NCBI GenBank assembly: GCA_030604855.1
Contig: JAUVVC010000003.1
Span: 204,247-236,246, forward strand
Source of the DNA: Erysipelotrichaceae bacterium
GTDB taxonomy: Bacteria; Bacillota_I; Bacilli_A; Erysipelotrichales; Erysipelotrichaceae
DNA length: 32,000 nt
Direction: 5' to 3'
The translations under genes were made by a program, and so were the position numbers. Below the pieces are notes generated by a model. It was not told the origin of the DNA and did not search any database. It saw nothing but the letters and a program-made list of their open reading frames with translations. Positions 16,926 to 24,843 of this stretch are shown one piece after another; position 1 is the first letter of the stretch; every line of letters begins with the position of its first letter.

Positions 16926-16954
16926 TTGACTTTGCACTGGATAATGGCTATATT
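16926..16954 (+). promoter_or_regulatory. Sigma-A-type promoter for cysK
   Basis: TTGACT - 17 nt - TATATT, about 45 nt upstream of the cysK ATG. Confidence 0.55.
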
Positions 16955-16967
16955 ATAACATATAAAA

Positions 16968-16984
16968 CATAGTAATTAACTATG
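16968..16984. promoter_or_regulatory. Candidate Rrf2/CymR operator (perfect 6-5-6 inverted repeat)
   Basis: CATAGT-AATTA-ACTATG lies between the -10 box and the SD of cysK in the divergent intergenic region. Confidence 0.4.
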
Positions 16985-16997
16985 CAAAGGAGTAAAT

Positions 16998-17933
16998 ATG
17001 TCAAGAGTCGTACAAAGTGCACGTGAATTGATCGGTAACACACCGTTGTTGCGTTTGAATCGTTTTGAAAAAGAATTGGGAATCGAGGCGCAGATCTATG
17101 CAAAACTTGAATCCTTCAATCCAGCGGGAAGCGTCAAGGATCGCATCGCTTTAGCCATGATTGAGCGAGCTGAACAAGAAGGTTTGTTGAAGAAAGATTC
17201 AGTGATTGTGGAGCCTACCAGTGGGAACACGGGTATCGGTTTGGCAGCCATTGCCGCAAGCAAAGGGTATCGTATCATACTTACGATGCCTGAAACCATG
17301 AGTATGGAACGTCGAAAACTGTTGAAGGCTTATGGGGCAGAATTGGTTTTGACTGAAGGTCCTTTAGGCATGAAAGGCGCAATCGCAAAAGCGGAAGAGT
17401 TGTCGAAAACGATTCCAAATGCGTTTGTTCCATCGCAGTTTGAGAATCCAGCCAACCCGGATGTCCATTATCGGACGACCGGTAAAGAGATCTATGAAGC
17501 TTTGGACGGTAAAGTCGATGCCTTGATCGCAGGGATCGGGACCGGGGGAACCATCAGTGGAGTAGGTCGTTTCCTTAAAGAAAAGAATGAAGCTGTTTGG
17601 GTCGTTGCATCGGAACCCTTTGATGCGCCACTCTTGAGTGAAGGGCGTGCAGGTCCACATAAGATCCAAGGTTGGGCAGCTGGCTTTATTCCAAAGACCT
17701 TGGATACTACGATTTATGATGAGATCTTAAAGGTTAAAACAGAGGAAGCTTTTGACAAAGCGCGATTGCTTGCTAAAATAGAGGGTGTACTGGTAGGCAT
17801 CTCAAGTGGGGCTGCTTTACACAGTGCCGTTGAATTCGCATTACGCGCAGAAAATAAAGGTAAGAACATCGTCGTCATCCTACCAGACAACGGTGAGCGC
17901 TACCTATCGACAGCCTTATTTGAGGCTGAATAA
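16998..17933 (+). CDS. cysK: Cysteine synthase A (O-acetylserine sulfhydrylase)
   Basis: 311 aa. NPAGSVKDR (PLP lysine), [17 protein letters not shown] and SSGAA motifs. Confidence 0.92.
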   Translation: MSRVVQSARELIGNTPLLRLNRFEKELGIEAQIYAKLESFNPAGSVKDRIALAMIERAEQEGLLKKDSVIVEPTSGNTGIGLAAIAASKGYRIILTMPETMSMERRKLLKAYGAELVLTEGPLGMKGAIAKAEELSKTIPNAFVPSQFENPANPDVHYRTTGKEIYEALDGKVDALIAGIGTGGTISGVGRFLKEKNEAVWVVASEPFDAPLLSEGRAGPHKIQGWAAGFIPKTLDTTIYDEILKVKTEEAFDKARLLAKIEGVLVGISSGAALHSAVEFALRAENKGKNIVVILPDNGERYLSTALFEAE

Positions 17934-17941
17934 GGAGAGAA

Positions 17942-18514
17942 ATGAATCGTCGCCAATCCATCCAACGCATCACACGTTTAGGTATCTTGATGGGTCTTAT
18001 CATCCTGATGACCTTTATTCCGAATATCGGGTATATCCAAACCGGTTTATTCTCAATCACCACCATTCATATTCCCGTTTTGATCGGAGCTGCTTTGATG
18101 GGCCCCATCGGTGGTTTTGTCTTAGGACTGACCTGGGGTTTGACCAGTTATTTCTATGCCTTGACCTTAGGAACCATTGAAGCCATGATCTTCTTGAATC
18201 CAATGGTGTCCATCGTACCACGGATCTTGGTGGGCTTGATCGTATCGTATACGACACTGGCCTTGGATAAGTTCGATATGAAGGAAGTCTTGAAGTATGG
18301 TTTGGTCGCAGGCATCGGGACCTTGAGCAATACGGTGTTGGTGCTCAGTGCGATTTTCACCTTTGCTTCAGAAGGGGTCTTGAGCTTCAATCAAGCCTTC
18401 TCCACCATCATCACCATCATCATCTCCACCAATGGTTTGCTCGAGTTGTTCGCAGCTGTGATCATCGTTCCAACGGTTGTGAGAGCCATTCGAAAGATTT
18501 CACCTCAACGTTAG
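17942..18514 (+). CDS. ECF-transporter S-component-like membrane protein (substrate unknown)
   Basis: 190 aa with 5-6 TM helices. N-terminus ..IQRITRLGILMGLIILMTFIPNIGYI.. is typical of ECF_trnsprt-type S components. 8 nt after the cysK stop, with SD AAGGAGAG. Confidence 0.6.
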   Translation: MNRRQSIQRITRLGILMGLIILMTFIPNIGYIQTGLFSITTIHIPVLIGAALMGPIGGFVLGLTWGLTSYFYALTLGTIEAMIFLNPMVSIVPRILVGLIVSYTTLALDKFDMKEVLKYGLVAGIGTLSNTVLVLSAIFTFASEGVLSFNQAFSTIITIIISTNGLLELFAAVIIVPTVVRAIRKISPQR

Positions 18515-18529
18515 TGTTGAGGTTTTTTT
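18502..18529 (+). terminator. Intrinsic terminator of the cysK-S-component unit
   Basis: ACCTCAAC-GTTAGT-GTTGAGGT followed by TTTTTT. The stop codon TAG sits in the loop. Confidence 0.85.
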
Positions 18530-18604
18530 ATGGGCATAAGCTTTGATAATTCATGGAGAGCTTGATAAAGTTAGTATAGGCTAACATTTAAAAGGAGAAC
18601 ACAA

Positions 18605-19210
18605 ATGAACTATCAATTACCGAATTTACCTTATGCATACGATGCGCTTGAACCGTATATCGATGCACAAACCATGATCATCCATCATACGAAACATCAT
18701 CAAGCGTATGTGGATAACCTGAATGGGGCTTTAGCGAAGCATCCTGAAGTTGAACTCAATCTTGAAGCGTTGCTTAAGAATCTGGACAATGTCCCAGCGG
18801 ATATCCGCAACGTTGTTCGCAACAACGGTGGTGGTGTATTCAATCACAACCTATTCTGGACTGTTTTAGCGCCAGCACGTGGTCAAACACCCAGTGGGGC
18901 TTTACTTGAAGCGATTGCGAAGGCATTCGGCAGTTTGGATAATTTCAAGGCTGAATTCGAAACAGCTGCGAAGACACGCTTCGGCAGTGGGTGGGCATGG
19001 TTGATCGTTGATGCGGAAAAGAACTTGAAAGTCGTATCCACACCCAATCAAGACACACCGCTCAATGAAGGCACACCAATCTTGAACTTGGATGTCTGGG
19101 AACATGCGTATTATCTGAAATATCAAAACCGTCGTCCTGAATACGTCGGCAACTTCTGGAATGTTGTCAATTGGGAAGAAGTTGAACGTTTGTACTTAGC
19201 TGCTGTATAA
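18605..19210 (+). CDS. sodA: Superoxide dismutase (Mn/Fe family)
   Basis: 201 aa. [34 protein letters not shown] motifs. SD AAAGGAG. Confidence 0.93.
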   Translation: MNYQLPNLPYAYDALEPYIDAQTMIIHHTKHHQAYVDNLNGALAKHPEVELNLEALLKNLDNVPADIRNVVRNNGGGVFNHNLFWTVLAPARGQTPSGALLEAIAKAFGSLDNFKAEFETAAKTRFGSGWAWLIVDAEKNLKVVSTPNQDTPLNEGTPILNLDVWEHAYYLKYQNRRPEYVGNFWNVVNWEEVERLYLAAV

Positions 19211-19211
19211 T
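19182..19211 (+). promoter_or_regulatory. Candidate promoter inside the sodA 3' end that would give a leaderless hlyIII mRNA
   Basis: TTGAAC - 18 nt - TATAAT (19206-19211). The ATG at 19218 begins 6 nt after the -10 box and has no SD. Confidence 0.35.
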
Positions 19212-19217
19212 GCAAGC

Positions 19218-19865
19218 ATGCAAAAGAAACAACCCCTCGAACAACTCAGTTTAGGTGAAGAGATTGGAAATTCAATCACCCATGGTTTAATGGCTGCTTT
19301 GATGATCATCGCTTTACCCATCAGTGCGATCTATAGTTACAATAAAGGCGGATGGACCCAAGCTTTGGGTGTGTCCGTCTTTGTGATTAGTTTGATGCTT
19401 ATGTTTTTAAGTTCCACGCTCTACCATGCCATGGCGCCAAAGAGCAAACACAAATTGGTGATGCAGATTCTGGATCATATCTTCATTTATTTCGCGATTG
19501 CAGGTTCGTATACACCGATTGCCATTTCTTTAATTGGTGGATGGAAAGGGATCTTGATTCTGATCATACAATGGACCATGGTTCTTGTAGGAATCCTTTA
19601 CAAGTCACTTGTTAGACGTAAGGTTCCAAAGGCATCGTTGACCATCTATTTGACGATGGGCTGGATTGCTGTGTTGTTCATACCTGATCTGGTTCGTACT
19701 GCGAACATCTGGTTTGGGATCTTGATTGCCTTAGGTGGCATCTTCTATAGTGCCGGGGCTTGGTTCTATGCGCAGAAACATCGTCCTTATTTCCATTTCA
19801 TTTGGCATCTGTTCATCAACATCGCAGCAGCTACGCATTTTATTGCCATCCTGTTCTACATTTAG
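19218..19865 (+). CDS. Hemolysin III / PAQR-family membrane protein
   Basis: 215 aa with 7 TM helices. Contains EEIGNSITHG, STLYH, DH..IY..IAGSYTP and HLF motifs. Confidence 0.85.
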   Translation: MQKKQPLEQLSLGEEIGNSITHGLMAALMIIALPISAIYSYNKGGWTQALGVSVFVISLMLMFLSSTLYHAMAPKSKHKLVMQILDHIFIYFAIAGSYTPIAISLIGGWKGILILIIQWTMVLVGILYKSLVRRKVPKASLTIYLTMGWIAVLFIPDLVRTANIWFGILIALGGIFYSAGAWFYAQKHRPYFHFIWHLFINIAAATHFIAILFYI

Positions 19866-19881
19866 TTAAGAATTACTCACG

Positions 19882-19912
19882 AAAGTCGCCGTATAAGCGA
19901 CTTTTGTTTTGT
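19882..19912 (+). terminator. Intrinsic terminator
   Basis: AAAGTCGC-(7 nt)-GCGACTTT followed by TGTTTTGTT. Confidence 0.75.
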
Positions 19913-19918
19913 TATAAT
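19910..19918 (+). promoter_or_regulatory. Extended -10 promoter element for the MFS gene
   Basis: TGTTATAAT (matches TGnTATAAT) lies 24 nt upstream of ATG 19943, with SD AAGGGA in between. Confidence 0.45.
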
Positions 19919-19942
19919 GAAATCAAGTTAAAGGGACAAATT

Positions 19943-21184
19943 ATGAAACTTAATAAAACAGAATTGAGTTGGATTCTCTATGATGTGGCTAATTCAGCGT
20001 TTATTTTGATTGTTACGGCAACCATCCCAATCTATTTCAGATCTTTGGCAAGCAATGCCGGTGTTGCGGATCACACCATTTCCGCCTGGTTTGGCGGTGC
20101 GACCTCCACAGCGGTCATTATTTTGGCCATCTTATCTCCGATTTTAGGAGCGATCGCCGACTACAAGGGTATGAAGAAGAAGATGTTCGTCGGCTTCTTA
20201 GCGGTCGGTATCCTGGGTGCTTTGACCATGACCATCATGCAGGATTGGCTGGCCTTCTTGTTCTTGTTCGTGTTGGCACGTATCGGCTATTCCGCCTGTA
20301 ACATTTTCTATGACTCCATGTTGGTGGATGTGGCTGAGGATGATCGCATGGACATGTTGTCTTCGATGGGATATGCTTTTGGATACATCGGCAGTACGAT
20401 TCCATTCATCATCGGGATCGTCATCATCTTCACCAAGCCCTTTGGCATCACAACGACGATGGCGACACAGATCTCCTTTGTCATCACGGTCATTTGGTGG
20501 GCGTTGTTAAGTATTCCATTGCTGAAAAATGTTAAGCAAAAGTATTATCTTCCTCCAATTGAAAATGTTGTGAAGACATCCTTCGCACGTGTTTTTAAGA
20601 CCTTGGCAAAGATTCGAAAAGATAAACGGATGTTTTATTTCATCGTTGGGTATTTCTTCTACATCGATGGCGTCTACACCATCATCTCCATGGCTACGAC
20701 CTATGGGGGCGAAGTCGGTATTGACAGTACCTTGATGATCGTGGCATTGTTGCTGACGCAGATCATTGCCTTTCCCTTCGCGATCTTGGCTGGTATCCTT
20801 GCGAAGAAATATGGTCCGATTCGTTTGATCAAGATCTACATTCTCATTTACATATTTATTGCCATCTTTGGTTTCCAATTGGATCAAGCATGGGAGTTCT
20901 GGTTCCTGGCCGTCATGGTTGCCTTGGCTCAAGGGGGCGTGCAATCGCTCTCCCGCTCTTACTTTGGTAAGATCGTACCAAAGAACGAGTCCAATGAATA
21001 CTTTGGTTTCTTCGATATCTTCGGTAAATTCGCTGATTTCTTTGGACCACTCATTCTAACCGCAGCTGCGTTGATCTTCCAATCCTCACGTTATGGAATC
21101 CTCGCTTTGATCATTCTCTTTATCATCGGTTATTGGATGGTGGATAAAGTACATAAGATTGATGTTGCGAACGTAAGACAATAA
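19943..21184 (+). CDS. MFS transporter, UMF1 (Atg22-like) family
   Basis: MKLNKTELSWILYDVANSAF.. is the typical UMF1 N-terminus; about 12 TM helices. The track's 19760 start is an in-frame extension across the terminator and promoter and is rejected. Confidence 0.8.
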   Translation: MKLNKTELSWILYDVANSAFILIVTATIPIYFRSLASNAGVADHTISAWFGGATSTAVIILAILSPILGAIADYKGMKKKMFVGFLAVGILGALTMTIMQDWLAFLFLFVLARIGYSACNIFYDSMLVDVAEDDRMDMLSSMGYAFGYIGSTIPFIIGIVIIFTKPFGITTTMATQISFVITVIWWALLSIPLLKNVKQKYYLPPIENVVKTSFARVFKTLAKIRKDKRMFYFIVGYFFYIDGVYTIISMATTYGGEVGIDSTLMIVALLLTQIIAFPFAILAGILAKKYGPIRLIKIYILIYIFIAIFGFQLDQAWEFWFLAVMVALAQGGVQSLSRSYFGKIVPKNESNEYFGFFDIFGKFADFFGPLILTAAALIFQSSRYGILALIILFIIGYWMVDKVHKIDVANVRQ

Positions 21185-21189
21185 CTTAA

Positions 21190-21218
21190 AAAAGTGTGCT
21201 CTCAAGGGGCACACTTTT
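21190..21218. terminator. Bidirectional intrinsic terminator
   Basis: AAAAGTGTGC-(9 nt)-GCACACTTTT between convergent genes. Confidence 0.8.
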
Positions 21219-21221
21219 ATG

Positions 21222-22916
21222 TTATAAGGCTGAATCATCCACTTTGTTCAGGTAATCTTTTACAGTAACCATGACTTCAGGAATGCAGGTCGGATCGAAT
21301 GGAGACTTCAACTTAGCTTCTTTGACGATGTTCAAGAAACTTAAGGTACCACCCGCATTGCAAATGTTCAAATAATCCTTGAATGCATCTGGATCATTCT
21401 CTTGGCTGCGTTTCCAGAACTGAAGGGCGCAGACACCGGCCAAGGTGTAATCGATGTAATAGAAAGGATTCGCAAAGATGTGACTCTGTGTGAACCAGAA
21501 GGTGCCTTGATCGTAGAATTCATTCTCGCTGTAGTCTTTGTGTGGGGTATACATCTTCTCTAAGCGACGCCACGTCTCTTTGCGTTTTTTTGGAGAATAC
21601 TCCGGATGGGCATAGACTTCATGTTGGAAATGATCGACTGAGACGCCATAGGGAAGGAATTTAAGCGCATCCGCAAGATGGGCGTATTTGAATTTAGCGG
21701 TATCTTCTTTGAAGAAGCGATCCATCCATGGCCAGGTCAGATATTCCATGCTCATCGAATGGATCTCACAGGACTCAAGGGTAGGCCATTGGCATTCCGG
21801 CACATCGATCCAACGGGATTGGAAGACTTGAAATGCGTGACCGGCTTCATGGGTTAGGACTTCCACATCGTGTGCGGTCTCGTTGAAGTTCGCAAAGATG
21901 AAAGGTGCTTTGTGATCGGCGATGTAGGTGCAATACCCACCGCCTTGTTTGCCTTTCTTAGAGGCAAGATCCATCAGTTCATGGGTCTGCATGAAATCAA
22001 AAAAGGCATTAGTCTCAGAAGAGAGTTCTTTGTACATGACTTGAGCTGCCTTGACCATCGTAGGCATGTCTTCTTTGGGGACAGGATTGCCGGACTTGAA
22101 TTCATACGCGATGTCGTAATAGGCTAATTTATCCACATCGATGCGCTTGGCTTGTTTCTGGTAAAGTTCTTGGGTAAAGGGAACGACATTCGTCAATACC
22201 GATTCACGGTAACTCGCAACCATGTCTTGATTGTAGTCCAAACGATTCATGCGTAAATAGCCGAGAGGAATGTAATTCTCGAAACCAAGCTTCTGTGCGA
22301 TTTTGGTTCTGAGTTGAACCAGCTGATCATAGATCGTGTCAATGGCTGTTTCGTTCTCTGAAAGGAATCTTGTACGGGCTTCAAAAGCACGTTTACGTAA
22401 GGAACGATCTGGAGCTTGGGTCAAAGGTGTCAATTGACTTAAGGTATAGGTTCTGCCATCCAAATCAATCTGAGCACTGGCAATCAGTTGATAGTAAGAA
22501 CTGACCAAACGGTTTTCTTCTTGGAGTTCTTCGATAATGGAAGGATCAAAGGTCTTCAGTGCGTTGGCAGCGATTTTAAAGAATGGTTCAGGAACCCAAT
22601 CCTTGAAATCTTCCAAATACGGTGAACTTAACACAGCCTTATAAAACAAGCTGTCCAATTCCGCATAGAGGGGTTTGTACTCATCCCAGAAATCATTCTC
22701 TTCTTTATAGAAGGCATCGTTTGTGTCGATGGAATGACGGATGCTTGCAAGCGTGGACATGGAGTCAACGGCTTTTCTCAGATCGTTGATCTTGCGGAAG
22801 TATGATCGCTGTTCCGCCGCATCCAATGCATTGGTAAAAGCTTTGAGAGCTTCATTAAAGCTTAGTTTGTATGCTTCAAAGTCAGGTCTGGTATAAGGGA
22901 ATTCGTTGAATTTCAT
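21222..22916 (-). CDS. pepF: M3B-family oligoendopeptidase F
   Basis: 564 aa. Zn motif THEAGHAF and a downstream E (..SCEIHSMSME..); length and architecture match PepF-type enzymes. Confidence 0.85.
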   Translation of the reverse strand: MKFNEFPYTRPDFEAYKLSFNEALKAFTNALDAAEQRSYFRKINDLRKAVDSMSTLASIRHSIDTNDAFYKEENDFWDEYKPLYAELDSLFYKAVLSSPYLEDFKDWVPEPFFKIAANALKTFDPSIIEELQEENRLVSSYYQLIASAQIDLDGRTYTLSQLTPLTQAPDRSLRKRAFEARTRFLSENETAIDTIYDQLVQLRTKIAQKLGFENYIPLGYLRMNRLDYNQDMVASYRESVLTNVVPFTQELYQKQAKRIDVDKLAYYDIAYEFKSGNPVPKEDMPTMVKAAQVMYKELSSETNAFFDFMQTHELMDLASKKGKQGGGYCTYIADHKAPFIFANFNETAHDVEVLTHEAGHAFQVFQSRWIDVPECQWPTLESCEIHSMSMEYLTWPWMDRFFKEDTAKFKYAHLADALKFLPYGVSVDHFQHEVYAHPEYSPKKRKETWRRLEKMYTPHKDYSENEFYDQGTFWFTQSHIFANPFYYIDYTLAGVCALQFWKRSQENDPDAFKDYLNICNAGGTLSFLNIVKEAKLKSPFDPTCIPEVMVTVKDYLNKVDDSAL

Positions 22917-22972
22917 AAGTTTACCTCGTTCTAAGTTTAAACCTTTTCAAACGCCTTGAAAAGTTCAAGCTG

Positions 22973-22981
22973 TGCTATAAT
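22973..22981 (+). promoter_or_regulatory. Extended -10 promoter element; likely leaderless transcript
   Basis: TGCTATAAT lies 7 nt before ATG 22989, with no SD. Confidence 0.4.
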
Positions 22982-22988
22982 GATTGCG

Positions 22989-23924
22989 ATGTTAAACAAG
23001 ATCAAAAAAATTGCGGGCATAAGCCTGCTTGTCCTATTGAGTTCATGCTCACTCTTGCCTTCAAAACCTTCCGTGGATGAGACCTTTGTCAATACTTCCA
23101 CCTATGCGCATGGTGTGACATTCACTTTGGCCGGACTTCCATCTTATGTGGAAGAAAAAGAAGTGTATCGCATCGCGGATGAACAGGAGTTGGCGTTGTT
23201 GTCGCTGGTTAAAAGTGAAGATTCGATCTACAAAGTGAACTTTGTGAGTGAAGCTTCGATTTCTTTAAACAAGACCTTTGCTTATTTGGAAAGTGTTTTA
23301 CCCTACAGTTTCAAACTATCTTTAGGGGAAATGAATTACACACGTAGAGACGAGCTTTTAATAAGCCTCCAGTCACTTGAAATCATGCCGATGGTCGATG
23401 TGGAAACTCAGGTTGTGAAGCCTGCGCTTGAATGGAATAAGAACTTTATTCAATCCGATATGACACAAAAGGAAATGATCAAGGTTTACCACGATCGCCT
23501 CTTACTGAATACGGCATACGATACCAGTGTTTTGGATTTGGACCTTTCGGTTGTTCAAGATCATCCATCATTTGAAGCCTTGGGGATATTTCAATATGGA
23601 ACCGCTGTCTGCAGTGGTTATGCGCGGGCATTCAATGCTTTGGCTAAAACCAGTAAGATTCCCAGTCTGATCGTTTCATCCTTATCCATGCAACATGCTT
23701 GGAACTTGGTTTACGATGGCTATGAATGGAAATATCTGGATGTGACTTTTAATGATCCGATTCCGGATCGGCTGGATCGTGTCTTGTATACGTACTATAT
23801 GTTGAATGAAAAGCAGTTTTTGAGTGATGGTAAACATCGCTTTGATTCAAGTGGAGACAACACCTTAAGCGCTGCGGAATATCTTGAATTTGCGTACCGT
23901 GTCTATCCTGAAACAAGACCTTAA
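22989..23924 (+). CDS. Transglutaminase-like (Cys-His-Asp) lipoprotein
   Basis: MLNKIKKIAGISLLVLLSSC lipobox. Core reads GTAVCSGYARAF..QHAWNLV..YLDVT. The track's TTG 22956 start is unlikely. Confidence 0.75.
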   Translation: MLNKIKKIAGISLLVLLSSCSLLPSKPSVDETFVNTSTYAHGVTFTLAGLPSYVEEKEVYRIADEQELALLSLVKSEDSIYKVNFVSEASISLNKTFAYLESVLPYSFKLSLGEMNYTRRDELLISLQSLEIMPMVDVETQVVKPALEWNKNFIQSDMTQKEMIKVYHDRLLLNTAYDTSVLDLDLSVVQDHPSFEALGIFQYGTAVCSGYARAFNALAKTSKIPSLIVSSLSMQHAWNLVYDGYEWKYLDVTFNDPIPDRLDRVLYTYYMLNEKQFLSDGKHRFDSSGDNTLSAAEYLEFAYRVYPETRP

Positions 23925-23943
23925 AAGTTTTCAATGTATACGC

Positions 23944-23971
23944 TTGCATTAAAATATTTATAAGCTACAAT
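23944..23971 (+). promoter_or_regulatory. Candidate sigma-A promoter of the ank / EF-G2 leader
   Basis: TTGCAT - 16 nt - TACAAT (coordinates +/-1). Confidence 0.45.
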
Positions 23972-24004
23972 GGAAGTATAAGCATAGAAAGAGGTGTTCA
24001 TAAT

Positions 24005-24079
24005 ATGGCAAGGGTAACTGTTTTTCTTGTCACTGATGGCAAGCAGCATCCAACTGAGGTTGTTGTCTTCGCCTGTGAA
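24005..24079 (+). CDS. Candidate leader mini-ORF (24-31 codons; the end is uncertain)
   Basis: SD AAAGAGGTG lies 7 nt before the ATG. As I read the bases the product is MARVTVFLVTDGKQHPTEVCCLRL. One T fewer in a T-run would extend it to a TAA at about 24098-24100, at the foot of the terminator. My indexing here is off by 1 nt against the ORF track. Confidence 0.25.
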
Positions 24080-24098
24080 TGCTTCGAGAATGATTTTT

Positions 24099-24135
24099 AA
24101 GATGGGTCAAGTATGTCCATCTTTTTATTTTTCTT
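24099..24135 (+). terminator. Intrinsic terminator / putative attenuator upstream of ank
   Basis: AAGATGG(GT)-loop-(GT)CCATCTT followed by TTTATTTTTCTTTGTTT. Only about 25 nt, consisting of the SD GAGGAGG, remain before the ank ATG, leaving no room for a separate promoter. Confidence 0.6.
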
Positions 24136-24161
24136 TGTTTGAAAAATCGAGGAGGTAAAGT

Positions 24162-24830
24162 ATGGATCAAACAAATCAATTATTCTGGGATGCGGCCGCA
24201 AGTGGTGACTTTCAAAAGGTCGTCGCTACCGTAAACCAGGGCGCGGATGTGAACATTCGCAACGCAGAGGCTAGAACGGCATTGATGCGGACGGCAAAAC
24301 GTGGACATGAAAAGATTGTTCGCTATTTGTTGGACAAGGGTGCGGATGTCAACGCGAAAGACAACAACAGTAAGACGGCTTTGATGGGTGCGGCTAAGAA
24401 GGGACATCTTGAAATCGTCAAGATGTTGTTGGATGCTGGTGCAGAGGTCAATGTCCAAGATGTCAAAGGACGCAGCGCATTAATGCGGGCAGGCTTCTTG
24501 GGTCATTCGGATGTGGTGGAATTATTGCTTAAAAAAGGTGCGAATCCAGATGCTAAAGATGAAATGGGTCGTACGGTCTTGATGGAAGCGTGTTTGGCAT
24601 TCCGTTATGATGTCATCAAGCTCTTATTGAAACAAAACGCGAAAATCAATGAACAAGACAACAATGGATGCACGGCCTTGATGCGTGCTGCTTACAGTGG
24701 GTATGCGGAAATGGTTCAGTACTTATTGGATCATGGGGCAGACAAAGAATTGTTGGATGCGGAAGGCAATAAAGCCATTCATTATGTCCGCACAGATTGT
24801 TTAACGGATCTTAAGCCGTTGTTGAAATAG
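24162..24830 (+). CDS. Ankyrin-repeat protein (about 6-7 ANK repeats, no signal peptide)
   Basis: 222 aa. Repeats of G(A)DVN..D..G.TALM.AA..GH.EIV..LL. Strong SD GAGGAGG. Confidence 0.9.
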   Translation: MDQTNQLFWDAAASGDFQKVVATVNQGADVNIRNAEARTALMRTAKRGHEKIVRYLLDKGADVNAKDNNSKTALMGAAKKGHLEIVKMLLDAGAEVNVQDVKGRSALMRAGFLGHSDVVELLLKKGANPDAKDEMGRTVLMEACLAFRYDVIKLLLKQNAKINEQDNNGCTALMRAAYSGYAEMVQYLLDHGADKELLDAEGNKAIHYVRTDCLTDLKPLLK

Positions 24831-24843
24831 GAGTCAAACGAAA

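Noticed and set aside
19760-19942. N-terminal extensions offered by the ORF track: 19760 for the MFS gene, 14710 for the middle lipoprotein, 5844 for the RumA-type gene, 22956 for the transglutaminase lipoprotein, and 16926 for the Rrf2 gene.
   Set aside because: The extensions run across terminators, promoters or the upstream gene and lack an SD. Internal ATGs with an SD, a family-typical N-terminus or a signal peptide fit better.
23950-24242. A one-nucleotide disagreement between my by-eye indexing and the ORF track. I count the ank ATG at 24163 where the track has 24162, and there appears to be one G fewer than expected near 24240.
   Set aside because: This is most likely my own miscount in homopolymer runs rather than a real frameshift, because the track gives an intact 222-aa ankyrin ORF. 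I therefore give coordinates here as +/-1-2 and leave the frame and end of the leader mini-ORF open.
24162-24830. The ankyrin-repeat gene as evidence of horizontal transfer or a secreted eukaryote-targeting effector.
   Set aside because: It has no signal peptide, there are no flanking mobility genes, composition and codon usage look like the neighbours by eye, and it is operonic with a translation factor.
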